Assembly (NCBI GenBank): GCA_951406725.2
Contig: OX597817.1
Coordinates: forward strand, 121,210,001 to 121,274,000
Direction of reading: 5' to 3'
DNA: 64,000 bases
From: Octopus vulgaris
Taxonomy: Eukaryota
The position numbers were made by a program, and so were the translations under genes. The notes beneath the pieces were generated by a model. That model did not search any database. It saw only the letters and a list, made by a program, of their open reading frames with translations, and was not told where the DNA came from. Of the stretch, positions 25,016-38,550 are shown one piece after another. How positions within the stretch are numbered: position 1 is the stretch's first letter; each line of letters opens with the position of its first letter.

Positions 25016-26564
25016 TAGTTAATTTAGACAGTCTAACGTCATTCATTAAAAAGCTACTTAAGAATGACCTAGGATCATAAGGTCAAGTGGTGTTAGTGGT
25101 ACCCTGATACATATTAACACAAATATATTATTAGCAAAAGTACAACCCTTTTCAAACAAAAGCTTAGTATTCATCACTCTTTTGAGACTGCGGTGTCATG
25201 TATTCAGGGATATAAAACTTCAGAATTTAAAAGGAAAGTGATAAATAGTTAATAAAAAAGTTTAGAAGGAATTTTGATTTGTACATGATAAAAAAAAAAT
25301 AATAAATAGAAACAAACTTATTTCATTTGTCAGTTAAACAATATTTAAATCCTAATTTGAATAAAATTAATCATGTAGAAGATACTTATTTACCAATTTA
25401 TGGACAGACCACAAGTGTAATATTTTGAACAAAAATAACTATATTTATGTGAAAACTTTATGAAAATTTATATATGGAAGACACTATTTATCTCTGAAAG
25501 TATAGCTTATGACTAAAATAATTTCCGGATTTTTTTCCACTAGTAATGCCAACTGCTTTATCGCTATATCTTAGTAGCAAATTTTTGTTGGTATTTTCAT
25601 AAATTTATTGTTATTGCTGTTGATATTTTCTTTACTATTACTGAAAGTTTTATAGATTTATCATATATTTCATTGGAGCACATTCTCACTGTTATAATCG
25701 GAGAAAAAAATTAACATATGTCATTTTACATCAGATTAATTTGACAGGCTTTGTTTAAAAATGGTCAAAATGTCAAAACTCTATTTTATACTTACATTAT
25801 ATATCATATTCAGTAAACCGAAAAGGTAACGAAACATTAGCTTGCTTTCCATTTCAACTCAAATGAATAGAAACAAACAAACAATAACTACAATATCAAG
25901 GAAAACAAGCACATTGAAACTTATTTTTACAACACTTGAGACTGTATGAATATTTCTACATGAGGATATCAAATGTAGTAAGCACTATGAGGAATAATTA
26001 AACTAAGAATAAACAAACACACATATCAACAAGTGTGTATATGTGTGTGTATATATATATATATATTTATATATACACACACACACAGATATACATGTGT
26101 GTGTCAGTGTGTTATTTATTTGATGCCTCCATGAGACAATTTGGTTTCTAACAAAGAAACATAATTCAATCAGTGAAATCTGGACAATAACTATAACTGA
26201 TATAATATATATTGAACTTTAAAGATGTATTCAATATTTTTACTGTTCTACTTACAGATTGTATGTATAAAATTCATATTAGCTGGGGTATTTCTTAGTT
26301 TGAAAATCTTAGCTTTTCCATATTGTAGTATATACTAAAATAGGTATATGCTACAGTAGTTATTTGCATAAATGTGAATTTACGATCATGTTAGTGCACT
26401 TGCAGATTTGGTGTCAAAGCAGTTCTGCATATGTATGTCCTACTAAAAATTTGTGAGTGGATTTGGTAAATGGAAATTGAAAGAAGCCCAGTGTATACAT
26501 ATTCGCTAAACCCTTTGTGGACAGGAAACCTAAAGTAATTACATAAACCAGCCTTGCCCATTTT

Positions 26565-26598
<34 letters not shown>

Positions 26599-26654
26599 CA
26601 GGGTGTAAGCAAACTAACTAGAGAGACAAACACACACACATACTTATGTATATA

Positions 26655-27039
26655 CTAGCAGTATCGCCCGGCGTTGCTCAGGTTTGTAAGGGAAATAACT
26701 ATAAAGCATTTTTAGAGAGTTATAGCCAAAAAATAGCAAAAAAATGGAAAAAAAATTATGGTAAATTTTTTTTTTTAGTTAAAAAAGGTGAAGTTGCGTC
26801 CCCTAGACTGTTTGCGGTTTGTGTTTCTGATTCTCGACCCCATGTCGAATTTATCGATTTTTTTCAGAACTGGGGGAACTTTTCAAAATTTTCGCTGCGT
26901 TAGTTTTGAATTAAGACATTGGGCTATGTGTGTGTCAAGTTTCATCAGAATCGGTTGAAAGCCGTGGTCAGGGTGAGGGTACAAGCAAACAGACACACAG
27001 AAACACGCACAGACAAACTGCCGTTTATATAGAGAGAGA
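26655..27039 (-). mobile_element. Non-autonomous Helitron
   Basis: Minus strand A|TC start, gagcaacgccgggcg hairpin, CTAG|T end. Confidence 0.85.
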
Positions 27040-27134
27040 TATATATACATGTACACATATATATATATATATGTATATTTGTGTGTGTATATATACCACA
27101 AAGTTACTGGGTGTAAGCAAACCAACTCCAGGGA

Positions 27135-27170
<36 letters not shown>

Positions 27171-27182
27171 TACATACATACA

Positions 27183-27216
<34 letters not shown>

Positions 27217-27233
27217 CACCCTGTAACTTAGTG

Positions 27234-27269
<36 letters not shown>

Positions 27270-27489
27270 TAATATATATATATACATAACATGTATTCAT
27301 AAATGTATATTGTTTTCTCTATACATCAATGCACATGATATAAAAGCTCTTTCACATGTTTAGACATCTACGTATAATCTAATCCTCCTTCTGCAAAAAT
27401 TAGCTGGATTGACTGAAATATTTTTAATTTGGCTTATTCAATTTTATTTTTGTTAAAATCAAATCAATTATTATGTTCCAATTTAAAAA

Positions 27490-28250
27490 TAATTGAAGAT
27501 TATTTTATCCTTGAGCAACATTTAAGAATTGAATCAGTGCTTCTGGCAATAATATATGAGAAATATTTAATCCTTTGAATAATATTGTCAGAAAGCTTTC
27601 TTCAATAATGTTGGCTCAAATTTCTTTCATTCTTCAATATTTGCCAGCAGTAAAGTTGCTTGGTTTAAAATTTTCTTGAATTTAGCTTTTGTACTGTATA
27701 ATTCAAGTCAGGAGAATCTATAGACTCAAACAATGTCTCCATTTCGTGAGCTTTGAGAAATTTTTTTACTAATTTGGCTGAATAAGCAGGAACATTATTA
27801 CATTGGGATATTGCCAGAATGGGATGAATTAGCCATTCTATAAATGTAGAGGAAATGCTTTTCTCAAATTTCTTCCTTCTAACATTTTCATACTACTTTT
27901 GCAGGAAATGAACAAGAAAGATTTTCTATACCACGACAAGTGAAAGACCGACACACGATTTTATCATCACCTAAAGATCTTCTTGTAGGTTGTTAAACAG
28001 TATTTCCTGATATCTGTGAGCTTCATTTGGGAAAAGAGGAAATTCTTGATTCATTTTTAGAAGATAACATTAAAAAAAAACAAAATCAGGCCATCTATTT
28101 TGTGCCATTCATGAAGTTGGTTTCTGTAAGCAATGCTTTATTTCTTGATATCTGAGCTTTTTCAGGCACTGGAATATTACAAAATCTGGAATTTTTTGTT
28201 TTCTGTTTTTGAGAATCTTCTAAATTCTGTGGATACATACATGACTTCTA
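27490..28250 (-). pseudogene. Highly decayed Tc1 (DD34E) transposase
   Basis: MLSSKNESRI (WSDE-like), QPTRRSLGDDKIVCRSFTCRGIENL (PTVKHGGGSIMVWG-like), QCNNVPAYSAKLVKKFL...SPDLNYTV with 34 residues between the D-equivalent and E-equivalent positions. Confidence 0.75.
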
Positions 28251-29350
28251 TCATTTATAGTCAAATTTGTCCACGAGGAATTGATGACAGGATTTCTCTC
28301 AGTAGACATTAGTTTTGTAAGCAATCTCTTATCTCCTAAGTATTGTGCTCTTTTCTTCCTTTTTCTTTTTTCTATTTTTTTTTTTTTTTTGCTTTTGACT
28401 CTGCTAGACACATTGTTTCTGGTTGCTGACATTTTCTCTTGCTTTTGATGCTATGTATAATGTTTAATGGAACAGATGGTTTTTGTCTTTCAGAATCTCT
28501 TTTATTGACCATTATCATCATGATGTGAATGAATCATTCTCTTCTGAAACATTTTGTTATTTTAATGGTGGGGTGGGGGTAGCAACATGAGAACCGATAA
28601 ATTCTTTGTATTATCATGAAAAAAAAATGAAAGAACACCTAAATGGAAAAGTTTCTAAAATAATCTTCAAAAAAAAAAAAAAGGAAAATTTAAATGAAGG
28701 AACCATATTGGTGTGAAAGAAAAGTAGAGAAATAAAAATATAAACAAAATCCTTTAATATTTTCCCCAAAACTTTGCAACTTTGCACCTCTAAAATATTT
28801 AAATTGTAACAATTATAGTGTAAAATTTTGCAACTTTTCAAAGAAAATCAATAATTCTATAGGTGTTCAAATTTTGGAGGAACATTAGAGGTAATACATA
28901 CACACATGCATGTATGCATGTGTGTGTGTGCATGCATAAGAGTATACAGACACTTGTCCACATGTATATGTATGGTAAGCAGGCAAAAACGAAAGGTCTG
29001 TATGTTTTTGTTAATTGTATTTTTGAATTTAATTTTTGCTTGCAAATTGCATTCTGGATATATTATAGCTTTGATGCTACCCAAAATTCCAGATTACATG
29101 GATACAGGAGTTTATATATATGTATTTGTATATGTGTGTATATGCACATGTGTGATATAGAATTGATCTCTTGTAGTATTTAGTTATCTCCATTCTGTGA
29201 TGAACTCTTCCCTTTGTCAACTTTACCAGTCATTTGTCTGGTATCATTAAAATAACCATCAGTTGAGTACAAGGCTTCCTAAAAATTTCCCAGTTTTTTT
29301 CAATATACATTATACAATCACCCTTATTAGTATCATCATCATTATTATTA

Positions 29351-29760
29351 AGGTGACAAGGTAACAGAATTGGTAGCACACCAGGCAAAATGCTTAGCAA
29401 CGTTTTGGCTGTCTTTATGTTCTGAGCTCAAATTCTGCCACGGTCGACTTTGTCTTTCATCCTTTTGGGGTTGATTAAATAAGTACCAGCTACACACTGG
29501 AGTCAATGTAATCAACTAGCCCCCTCCCCCCAAATTTCAGGCCTTGTGCCAATAGTAGAAGGGATTCTTCTTCTTCTTATTATTATTAGAAAAAAGTAAG
29601 GGGGTGAGCTGGCAGAATCATTAGCATGCCGGGCAAAATGCTTAGTGATATTTTGTCTACTGCTACATTCCGAGTTCAAATTCCACTGGGGTCAATGAAA
29701 TCGACTAGACCACTCCCACCAAATTTCAGGCCTTGTGCCTATAGTAGAAAGGATTATTAT
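29351..29760 (+). mobile_element. Two tandem SINE C variants
   Basis: Family match, with a ccaaatttcaggccttgtgcc..tagtagaa tail. Confidence 0.8.
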
Positions 29761-30402
29761 TCGAAAGGTGATTAATTGGACAAAATACTTAGTGGTGTTT
29801 CATCCACTTCTTTATGTGCTAAACTCAAATCCCACAATGTTTCTTTTTTTTTGTTTTTGCTTCTCATCCTTCTGGGTTTGTAAAATGAATGTATTGTACA
29901 TTAGCTCACTTCCTCCATCAAATCGACATTGCTTGAACAGGGGCATGGTGAACCATGCATCAGATGTCAAAGCAATTGCCAAGCAATGTGAGATGAAATG
30001 TTTTGCTCAACAACAAAATGCACCAACCAGTCCAGGAATTGAACTCATGACTTCTCTATTATAAGTGTAATGCCCAAACCACTGGGATATGTGCCATCAG
30101 TCATGGTATAAAAGCAGTGGAATAAACGATGCAACATACACACATAAGTTAGGTGAAAGCAGGCAATGGGTTATGTCTGCCATATAAGGACAGATATAGC
30201 ACATATGATGATCTTTCCACACAATTTACATCAACTTAGTTTTACTCACAAGACATTAGTAGACTAGAGGGTCTGATAGAGGGATACTTACTCAAAATGG
30301 TATCAAGCAGTGGTAACAAACTCAGAATGAATATACTTGATTGCAAAGTGATCTTCTTAATTATATGGCCATAAGAAGCAAAAAGGAAGGATATTAATTG
30401 AT

Positions 30403-30562
30403 GCAGGAATGTCTGTGATTAAGAAGCTTGCTTCATAGTCATGAAATTTTAGGTTCAGTGCCATGGTACAGTACCTTGGAGAAGTGTCTAGTACTAAAAC
30501 TGTGGGCCAACCAAAGCCTTGTGAGTGAATTTGGTAGATGGGTAACTGAAAGAAGCCCATCG
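30403..30562 (+). mobile_element. SINE A 5' module
   Basis: Family match. Confidence 0.75.
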
Positions 30563-30564
30563 CT

Positions 30565-30596
<32 letters not shown>

Positions 30597-30765
30597 AATT
30601 GAGATAGGGGTTGTAAATGCAACCCTCCATGGGATAACATATATCCAATATACTGCTAGTGAAGTACCCAACAAAGTTAATACATAAATGTTAATGATTG
30701 CGATGCAATCAATTCATTTACTGTATTATATGGGCAAAGGTAAAATGATTTACCACAAATTACTA

Positions 30766-31429
30766 ATACAAGATAAGAAAATGGAGAAATACATCTAAAT
30801 CAAATATCAATTACCAGATAATACTCAATCACATACTTTATTAAACCACCACATAAGAGACTGTAGGGTTAAATATAAAAAGCAGAACAAATCAGTGTAC
30901 ATAAAGGAATGTACATAAAAAGTGTACATAAAAGAGTAATGTTGTATAATAAGTAGAATATATATAAAAGAAAATATAAATATAAGTAAATATAAATATA
31001 AGTATAGATTACATCTTACAGCTGTTTCAGCCATGTAGATAAGTATGTCTCATTTTACCAATATTAGCCCTTTATGGTTGGTCAATATATAGATATAAAT
31101 GAGACATTTACAAAAATATCATAAGGGCTAATATTGGTAAAATGAGACATACTTATCTACATGGCCGAAACAGCTGTAAGATGTAATCTATACTTATATT
31201 TATATTTACTTATATTTATATTCTTTTTATATATATTCTACTTATTATACAACATTACTCTTTTATGTACACTTTTTTATGTACATTCCTTTATGTACAC
31301 TGATTTGTTCTGCTTTTTATATTTAAACCTACAGTCTCTTATGTGGTGGTTTAATAAGGTATGTGATTGAGTATTATCTGGTAATTGATATTTGATTTAG
31401 ATGTATTTCTCCATTTTCTTATCTTGTAT
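30766..31429. repeat. Fold-back palindrome, ~310-bp arms, 43-nt spacer
   Basis: Near-identical arms (mirror ORFs 30825-31034 minus and 31161-31370 plus); each carries GAA-ACAGCTGT-A. Confidence 0.95.
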
Positions 31430-31446
31430 ATATATATATATATATA

Positions 31447-31840
31447 GGCGCAGGAGTGGCTGTGTGGTATGTAGCTTGCTTACCAACCACATGGTTCCAG
31501 GTTCAGTCTCACTGTGTGGCATCTTGGGCAAGTGTCTTCTGCTATAGCCCCGGGCCGACCAATGCCTTGTGAGTGGATTTAGTAGACAGAAACTGAAAGA
31601 AGCCTCTCGTATATATGTATATGTATGTGTGTGTATATGTTTGTGTGTCTGTGTTTGTCCCCCTAGCATTGCTTGACAACCGATGCTGGTATGTTTACGT
31701 CACCGTCACTTAGCGGTTCGGCAAAAGAGACCGATAGAATAAGTACTGGGCTTACAAAGAATAAGTCCCAGGGTCGATTTGCTTGACTAAAGGCGGTGCT
31801 CCAGCATGGCCACAGTCAAATCACTGAAACAAGTAAAAGA
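31447..31840 (+). mobile_element. SINE A, full length
   Basis: Family match; starts immediately after (TA)n. Confidence 0.9.
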
Positions 31841-33097
31841 TAGAAGAAAAGAAAAAGAGATGTATATGTGTTTGTGTGAGCTCTTATCTCAACATCTTGT
31901 AGTGGTTGTGAATGAGCAACACTGTGATACAAGTGATGCTGCTTGTTGTCAGTCCCCTGTAAAAAACATGTCTAGGCATGGGAAAATAGTATCTAGCTTG
32001 GAAACGGATCAAGGTGTTGGTGATAGGAGGAGCGTCTGGTCTTGTAAAATATGCCTCAACACATTCCATCAGACCTATGCAAATAATGGGAAAATGGATG
32101 TCAAAACAATGATATATTTAGTGATGATGATGATGATGATTGTGATGATGATGATTTACTTCTTTATTTTTAAATGACATCACAAAAGTTGAGTGAAATA
32201 CAACTGTTGAATTTGGAAATCATAAGAGAGTTTAGCTTAAATCTTGATCTGATCAAGATTAATGAATTTTTGTGTTTTATTTAAAAAAAAAAAAAAAAAA
32301 AAATGTAATTTCTTTGGGTGATGAATGCATCATTGATCCGCTGATCGATGTCTTGGTTAAAGGCCAATCCTATCTAATATAATATCAAGACTTTTGGCCT
32401 CATGAGAAATAGGGATTTTAATGTCATCAAGATAGATGGTTTTTAATAAAAAGTTTATTGCATTCACTCATTTTCATGATATGAATTATTATTATTATTC
32501 TTTTGACTTTTCTAAATTCTATTTGAGACAGCAATCATCCGCCTGGTTATGGATTTTCTTCATAATGACTGGCAAAGGATAATTTTTGAAAGTTTTCTAT
32601 TTATTGTCCTTGTCATCATCACAGTCATTATCATTAATATCAGTTTTACATCTATGGTTTTTTTTTTGTTTTGTTTTTTTGTTCATGCTGGTATAGTTTG
32701 GAGAGATTGGCAGTACAGCAGCCTTTTATAAGTATTGATCCCCAAAATTTGCAGCATCAGCATATCTGTTCTGAATAGCCTTTTTTAATATTCTTTTACT
32801 CTTTTACTTGTTTCAGTCATTTGACTGTGGCCATGCTGGAGCACTGCCTTTTAGACGAGCAAATCGACCCCCAGGACTTATTCTTTGTAAGCCTAGTACT
32901 TATTCTATTGGTCTCTTTTGTCTCCAGTTGGCCAATACTTTGTCTGTGGAAAGTGGAAAGTATGTATGCAAAAGTCCATTGTACAGGGTGTAGAAATGGT
33001 AGTGATGGAGGGGTTGGTACACAGTTGAACGTTGCCCCTATTTGTGAAGGGGCATGGAAATAAGACGGGATATATATGTGTACATATATATATATGT

Positions 33098-33390
33098 GGA
33101 GGCACAATGGCCCAGTAGTTAGGGCAGTGGACTCGTGGTCGTAGGATCGCGGTTTCGATTCCCAGGCCGGGAGTTGTGAGTGTTTATTGAGCGAAAACAC
33201 CTAAAAGCTCCACGAGGCTCCAGCAGGTGGTCGTGATCCCTGCTGTACTCCTTCACCACTCTTTCTCCTGTTGGGCTGCTCGCTTAGCCAGCGGGGTGGC
33301 GTCATTTGAAGGCTAAAACAATGCGAACACATTGTGATCAGCGATGTGTAACTACATCTGATGGACTGGTCGGTCACGTGATCACGTAAT
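33098..33390 (+). mobile_element. tRNA-derived SINE family D
   Basis: tggcccagtagtt A-box and ggtttcgattccc B-box; homologous to 38251 and 48820. Confidence 0.88.
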
Positions 33391-33439
33391 ATATATATAT
33401 ATATATATATATATGCATGTATGTATGCATATATATATG

Positions 33440-34620
33440 CATGATGACTACTTCCTCATTCTCAAGTATAGCCATCACTTGAAGCATTCTAGAATCAGTC
33501 TCATGTGTGAACAGCACATGTGTAACTTTTCAGGTTGGCATGTGACCTACACTCTTTGGCACAGATGTCACACAACGATTGCCCCCAACAACAAGTGTCA
33601 CTTGTTGGTCATCATGCACTTTCATGTGTTGTTTCAAGCCCCCAACTGATAGGCAAACCTTGCTACATTCATGCCATGTTGTTTTGCTGTGCATGGTGCA
33701 ATCTGATTGAACTCCCTATATGTGACTTCTGTTGTCACTTTTCAATCCTGCTCTGCTAAAGCAGACTCTTCTACATTCATTACATGTCAGTAGAATCTGG
33801 TCATCCACATTCCCTAGAAATAATTTCATCCACAGCCTATCAAGCAGTCTCTCTTTAACGTTTCATGATTTCTTCAAGCGATCTCAAAGTTCTTGCTTTT
33901 GTTGTTGTATATTAGTTTCAAAGTATGGCACAAAGCCAGCAATTTTGAAGAAACAATTATGTGGATTACATTGACTCCAGTTGTGTCTAGGGAGAGTCAA
34001 GACTATTGAAAAGGTTGCAAGATGCAACGAAAATTTTAGGAAAATAAAAATTTTTTAAAAGTGGAAATTTTACCTGTGAGTGTTACATTATAAGGCACAA
34101 AAAGAAAATGACTCTCCCCAGACACAACAGAATATGCTTCAACACACGAACTCATATAAAGAACCTTGCAAACCAAATCCAAAAACAAAATATTGACTCC
34201 AGTGTTTCACTGGTACTTATTTTATCAACCTTGAAAGGATTAAAAGCAAACTCAGAACATAAAGACAGATGAAATGTCACTAAGCATTTTGCCCTGTGTA
34301 CTAATAATGCTGCCAGCTCAGTGCCATACTTCAATTATATATTGCTTTCTTACATCTTGCCTGATCAGTTGCAGTTTCTTTGCAACCCTTTTCTTTAGCT
34401 TTCTTCAATGATGTTTTTATGCAGTCCTTGAAATGCAGCTCAGGTTTACAAGATGAATGCTCTACATCCCACACCTTGCCATACAGGAGTTCCTTTGGTG
34501 TCCAGCAGTTCTCCATTCTCACTAAGTGACCTTCATCATCTGAGTTGATCTTACACAATCACTGACTCAATACTTTGAGAGTGATTGCTTTCAAGAACCT
34601 CACCATCATTCATATACAGC
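33440..34620 (-). mobile_element. RTE-clade LINE 3' end with three C2H2 zinc fingers, interrupted by nested insertions
   Basis: GHLVRMENCWTPKELLYG...PELHFKDCIKTSLK (RTE C-terminus), then CNECRRVCFSRAGLKS, ECSKVCLSVGGLKQHMKVH and CDICAKECRSHANLKS..VH. Confidence 0.82.
33982..34191. mobile_element. Short insertion with a 12-bp TSD inside a SINE C
   Basis: attgactccagt at 33970-33981 and 34192-34203; the body matches 55690-55880. Confidence 0.85.
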
Positions 34621-34648
34621 AGGGAGGACAATACACATTACATACATA

Positions 34649-34859
34649 TTCTTTTAATTGTTTCAGTCATTTGACTGTGGCCATGCTGGAGCACTGCCTT
34701 TAGTCAAACAAATCAACCTCAGGACTTATTCTTTATAAAGCTATACTTACTCTATCAGTCTCTTTTGTTGAACCACTAAGCTACGGGGATGTAAACATAG
34801 CAGCATCGGTTGGTTGTCAAGCAATGGTGGGGGGACAAACAGACACACAAATACATACT

Positions 34860-34906
<47 letters not shown>

Positions 34907-35067
34907 CAGGCTTCTTTCAGTCTCCATCTGCCAAATTCACTTACAAGGCTTTGGTCAGTCCGAGGCTATAGTAGAAGACACCTGCCCAAGGTGTCATGCA
35001 GTGGGACTGAACCTGGAACCATGTGGTTGGGAAGCAAGCTTCTTACCACACAGCCATTCTTGTGCCT
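34649..35067 (-). mobile_element. SINE A
   Basis: Family match. Confidence 0.88.
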
Positions 35068-36715
35068 TTACCACTCCTACATATATATTCATACACACAC
35101 ATATATATATATACACACATACATGCATACCTATATATATACATATACACTCACATACACACACATACATATATACATATACATACGCATATACATACAT
35201 ATATGTATATATATATGTAATTTTATGTTCCAAAGCATAAAAATCAATTGAAGTTCTTAATACACGGAAGCGTGCATAGTCTTTGGCGTAATCCATATTT
35301 TATATTTAGCAACAATACCATTAAATTCATACCCTACTTTCAGGATTTGTATTGATTGAATGCTGCTGAATCCCCTAAGATTAACATCAGCCTAAATACT
35401 AAAGGATGGGGGTGGGGATGAAAAAGAAGTCATCATATGGATTTAATGATATAATCAATAAATATACAAATAGTTACACACACACACAAAAATGTAAACA
35501 TCTTCATGCACACGTATACAAATATATGTTATACATCGGCATATACACCATTTTAATTTTCAAATTCAAGTTTTATCTAAACAAAGTTGAACTGCCATTT
35601 ACAAGATGCTATGAATCTCACTGAAAACTTTAATTACATGCTTTAATCAATAAATTATATTAACTGCCACTACAACCTCAGGTTAGTCACGTGAAGTAGA
35701 CCAATTAGAATCTGCTTCAGGCTAAGTGTAAATTATGGATTCTTTTTTCTGACTTGTGGGTATTTTTTAATATGTCTTTTTGTAATACTTTAACAAATTC
35801 TATTTTATTTCTTTTACATAATTTTGTTTTGTTTTTATATATTTATTTATCTATTTTATTATTATTATTATTTTCGCTTTATTTGTCTAACATTAATCTC
35901 CTGTTATTCAGCAAAGGCAATACAAACAATTTAAGCTGTTTAACTTGATACCAATGGAGAAATTTATAATCATGTTTCAGCAGTTTTTAACGAGTCTTTG
36001 ACAAAATATCAGGTACACACACACACACACACACGTTTGTATTTATAGGCTACACCATGCTTACATGTGCATTTATGTATATCTATGCGTATGTACATAT
36101 ATCTAAAATGTCCACATAACTTAATGTGTGCATGTATGTACATGCATATGTGCAATCACAACTGAGGAACTGAAGAAAGAAGTCATCTAAATGTCTTTAC
36201 ACGATGTCTCATACTCTTGAAAATAATTTCATTCAAGAACATATCATTCAATTTTATTTTAGTTCCTTTTAATTTATTTTTCAAGCTTTTTTTTTTATTT
36301 TGGTTTTCTTTTTATTTCTTCAAGTGATTGTGATTGCTGGTTCCTTTCATAAAAATAAAAAGCCACACATATACATTCAGAAATAAAACTCTCAGCTTAA
36401 TACTGGGTTTACAGGTTATTGGGAGTTGGCAGCTGGGATAGAAATAAAATTGTGTGATATGGATGCATTTCAATGGTGAGATTGGCAGCATAAGATTGGC
36501 AGAAGTGTTAGACTGTCATTCAAATGTTTTGTGTTATTTATTTCAGGTCTTTGCAGTCTGAGTTCAAACCACATTGCAGTCAACTTTGCTTTCCATCCTT
36601 CAATAAAATAGTAGTACTAGTAAAGTAGTAACTTCAATCCTTCTGTTTTTCTTTTCTCTCCATCTCTATTTTTCCCACCCTCTCTTTCTCTCTCAGAAAT
36701 TGCTAATCTCTTCCC

Positions 36716-37043
36716 TAACTGGGACTCCGTTGGTTATGACAGTGAGTGTTCCAGTTGATACAATCAAAAGAACAGCTTGCTGGTAAAATTAACAAGCAAG
36801 TGGCTGAGTACTCCATAGACAAGCATACCCTTAATATAGTTCTCAGGGAGATTCAGCATGTCACATATTGTGACAAGGCTGGCCCTTTGAAATACAGGTA
36901 TTACTCATCCTTGACAGCTGAGTAGAGTGGAGCAATGTGAAATAAAGTGTCTTGCTCAAGGACACAATGTGTCACTAGGAATTGAACTCATGACTTTACA
37001 GTCATGTGCCAAACACCCTAACTACTAAGCCACATACCTTCAC
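36716..37043 (-). mobile_element. tRNA-derived SINE
   Basis: Minus-strand gtggcttagtagttagggtg head, gagttcaattcc B-box and cttgagcaagacacttta core. Confidence 0.8.
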
Positions 37044-37547
37044 ACTTTCCTCCCTACTTAGTAATCAATTAAAGAAACCAGCTAATTACAGGCCCGAATA
37101 AAAGATGAAAGTTGAGCAAGAGGTTACAATAAAAGACAGCTTGCCATAGAAATAATTAAAAAAAAAAAGCTAAAGAAAACCTTTGCAGGCTATGGTCAAG
37201 CGAGACAAACTTAATGCTCAGTACAGGTCAGGATGGGCAAAGGATTATAGAGAATACAGTGGGAGAATTGCAGACATAAGGGAAATACTTATAAATAGTA
37301 AGCATTTAAACAATTCATGAATTTGGCTTGCAGACAAGCTTACCTCAACAATCTTCAAAATTCACCTTGCTCAAAGGTACTCAACATTTCATAAAGCATA
37401 ATGCATTAAATTTAGATGAGAGTGGAAAGGAAGGAAAGGAGATCATGTTATACGACATCCTGGAAGCTTTCCTCTATTCAATGGTCCTTGAAATTTTATT
37501 TGCCTTTCATTGATTTCTCTTGGTTAGATAAAAAAATTTTCACAGGT

Positions 37548-37862
37548 GATTGAATCGTGCCGGTGGCACGTAAAAAGCACCATCCGATCGTGGCCATTGC
37601 CAGCCTCGCCTGGCCCCCGTGCCTGTGACACGTAAAAAGCACCATCCGATCGTGGCCGTTTGCCAGCCTCGTCTGGCACCTGTGCCGGTGGCATGTAAAA
37701 GCACCCACTACACTCATGGAGTCGTTGGCATTAGGAAGGGTATCCAGCCGTAGAAACATTGCCAGATCAGACTGGGCCTGGTGCAGCCTTCTGGCCTCCC
37801 AGACCCCAGTTGAACCATCCAACCAATGCTAGCATGGAAAGCAGATGCTAAACGATGATGAT
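37548..37862 (+). mobile_element. Repeat family B
   Basis: Tandem ggcacgtaaaaagcaccatccgatcgtggcc subunits, core and (GAT)n tail. Confidence 0.85.
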
Positions 37863-38250
37863 ATATATATATATATATTACACTGTCATTTGATACTAAC
37901 ACAAGGACAAGGATGTAACTGGAAACCTACAAAAATTTCTAAGACCCGTCATGTGACCATCCTCTACAAATGAAATCCTATTCAAAACATATACTAATTT
38001 GAGTCATGAACTCCCTATAAAAACAGGGTAAACTTCAGACACTAGTCAGAAGCAAGACAGCTGTGACATAAGCCACATCTTCCTATTTGAACTTTTGGGA
38101 AATCAGTGTAAACTGTGAAACTGGTTAAAGCCTCAAATATTTTAATAAAAGATATTTTGACTGTTCTCAGTGAATTTTCAACTTTGCCTGTATTTCTACT
38201 TATGTGGAATAAAATATCTTTGTTTTCTGTACACACACACACACACATAG

Positions 38251-38550
38251 GTAGAGGCACATGGCCTAGTGGTTAGAGCAGCAGACTCGCGGTCGACGGA
38301 TTGCAGGTTCATATCTCAGACTGGGTGATGTGTGTGTTTATGAGCGAAACACCTTAGCTCCATGCGGCTCCGGCAGAAGGTAATGGCGAACTTCTGCTGA
38401 CTCTTTCGCCACAACTTTCTATCACTCTTTCCTCCTGCATCTTGCAGCTCACCTGCAACAGACTGGCGTCCCATCCAGGTGGGAAACCTATACACCAAGG
38501 AAACCAGAAAACCAGCCCTAATGAGCCAGGCATGGCTTGAGAAGGGACAA
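38251..38550 (+). mobile_element. SINE D
   Basis: tRNA-like head and family match. Confidence 0.8.

Noticed and set aside
27905-27984. Plus-strand exon-like segment (NEQERFSIPRQVKDRHTILSSPKDLL) with AG/GT flanks
   Set aside because: It lies antisense within the Tc1 relic and matches no protein I recognise.
37548-37710. Regular ~65-bp repeats that superficially resemble a CRISPR array
   Set aside because: The spacers are homologous to each other, the block belongs to repeat family B, the context is eukaryotic and there are no cas genes.
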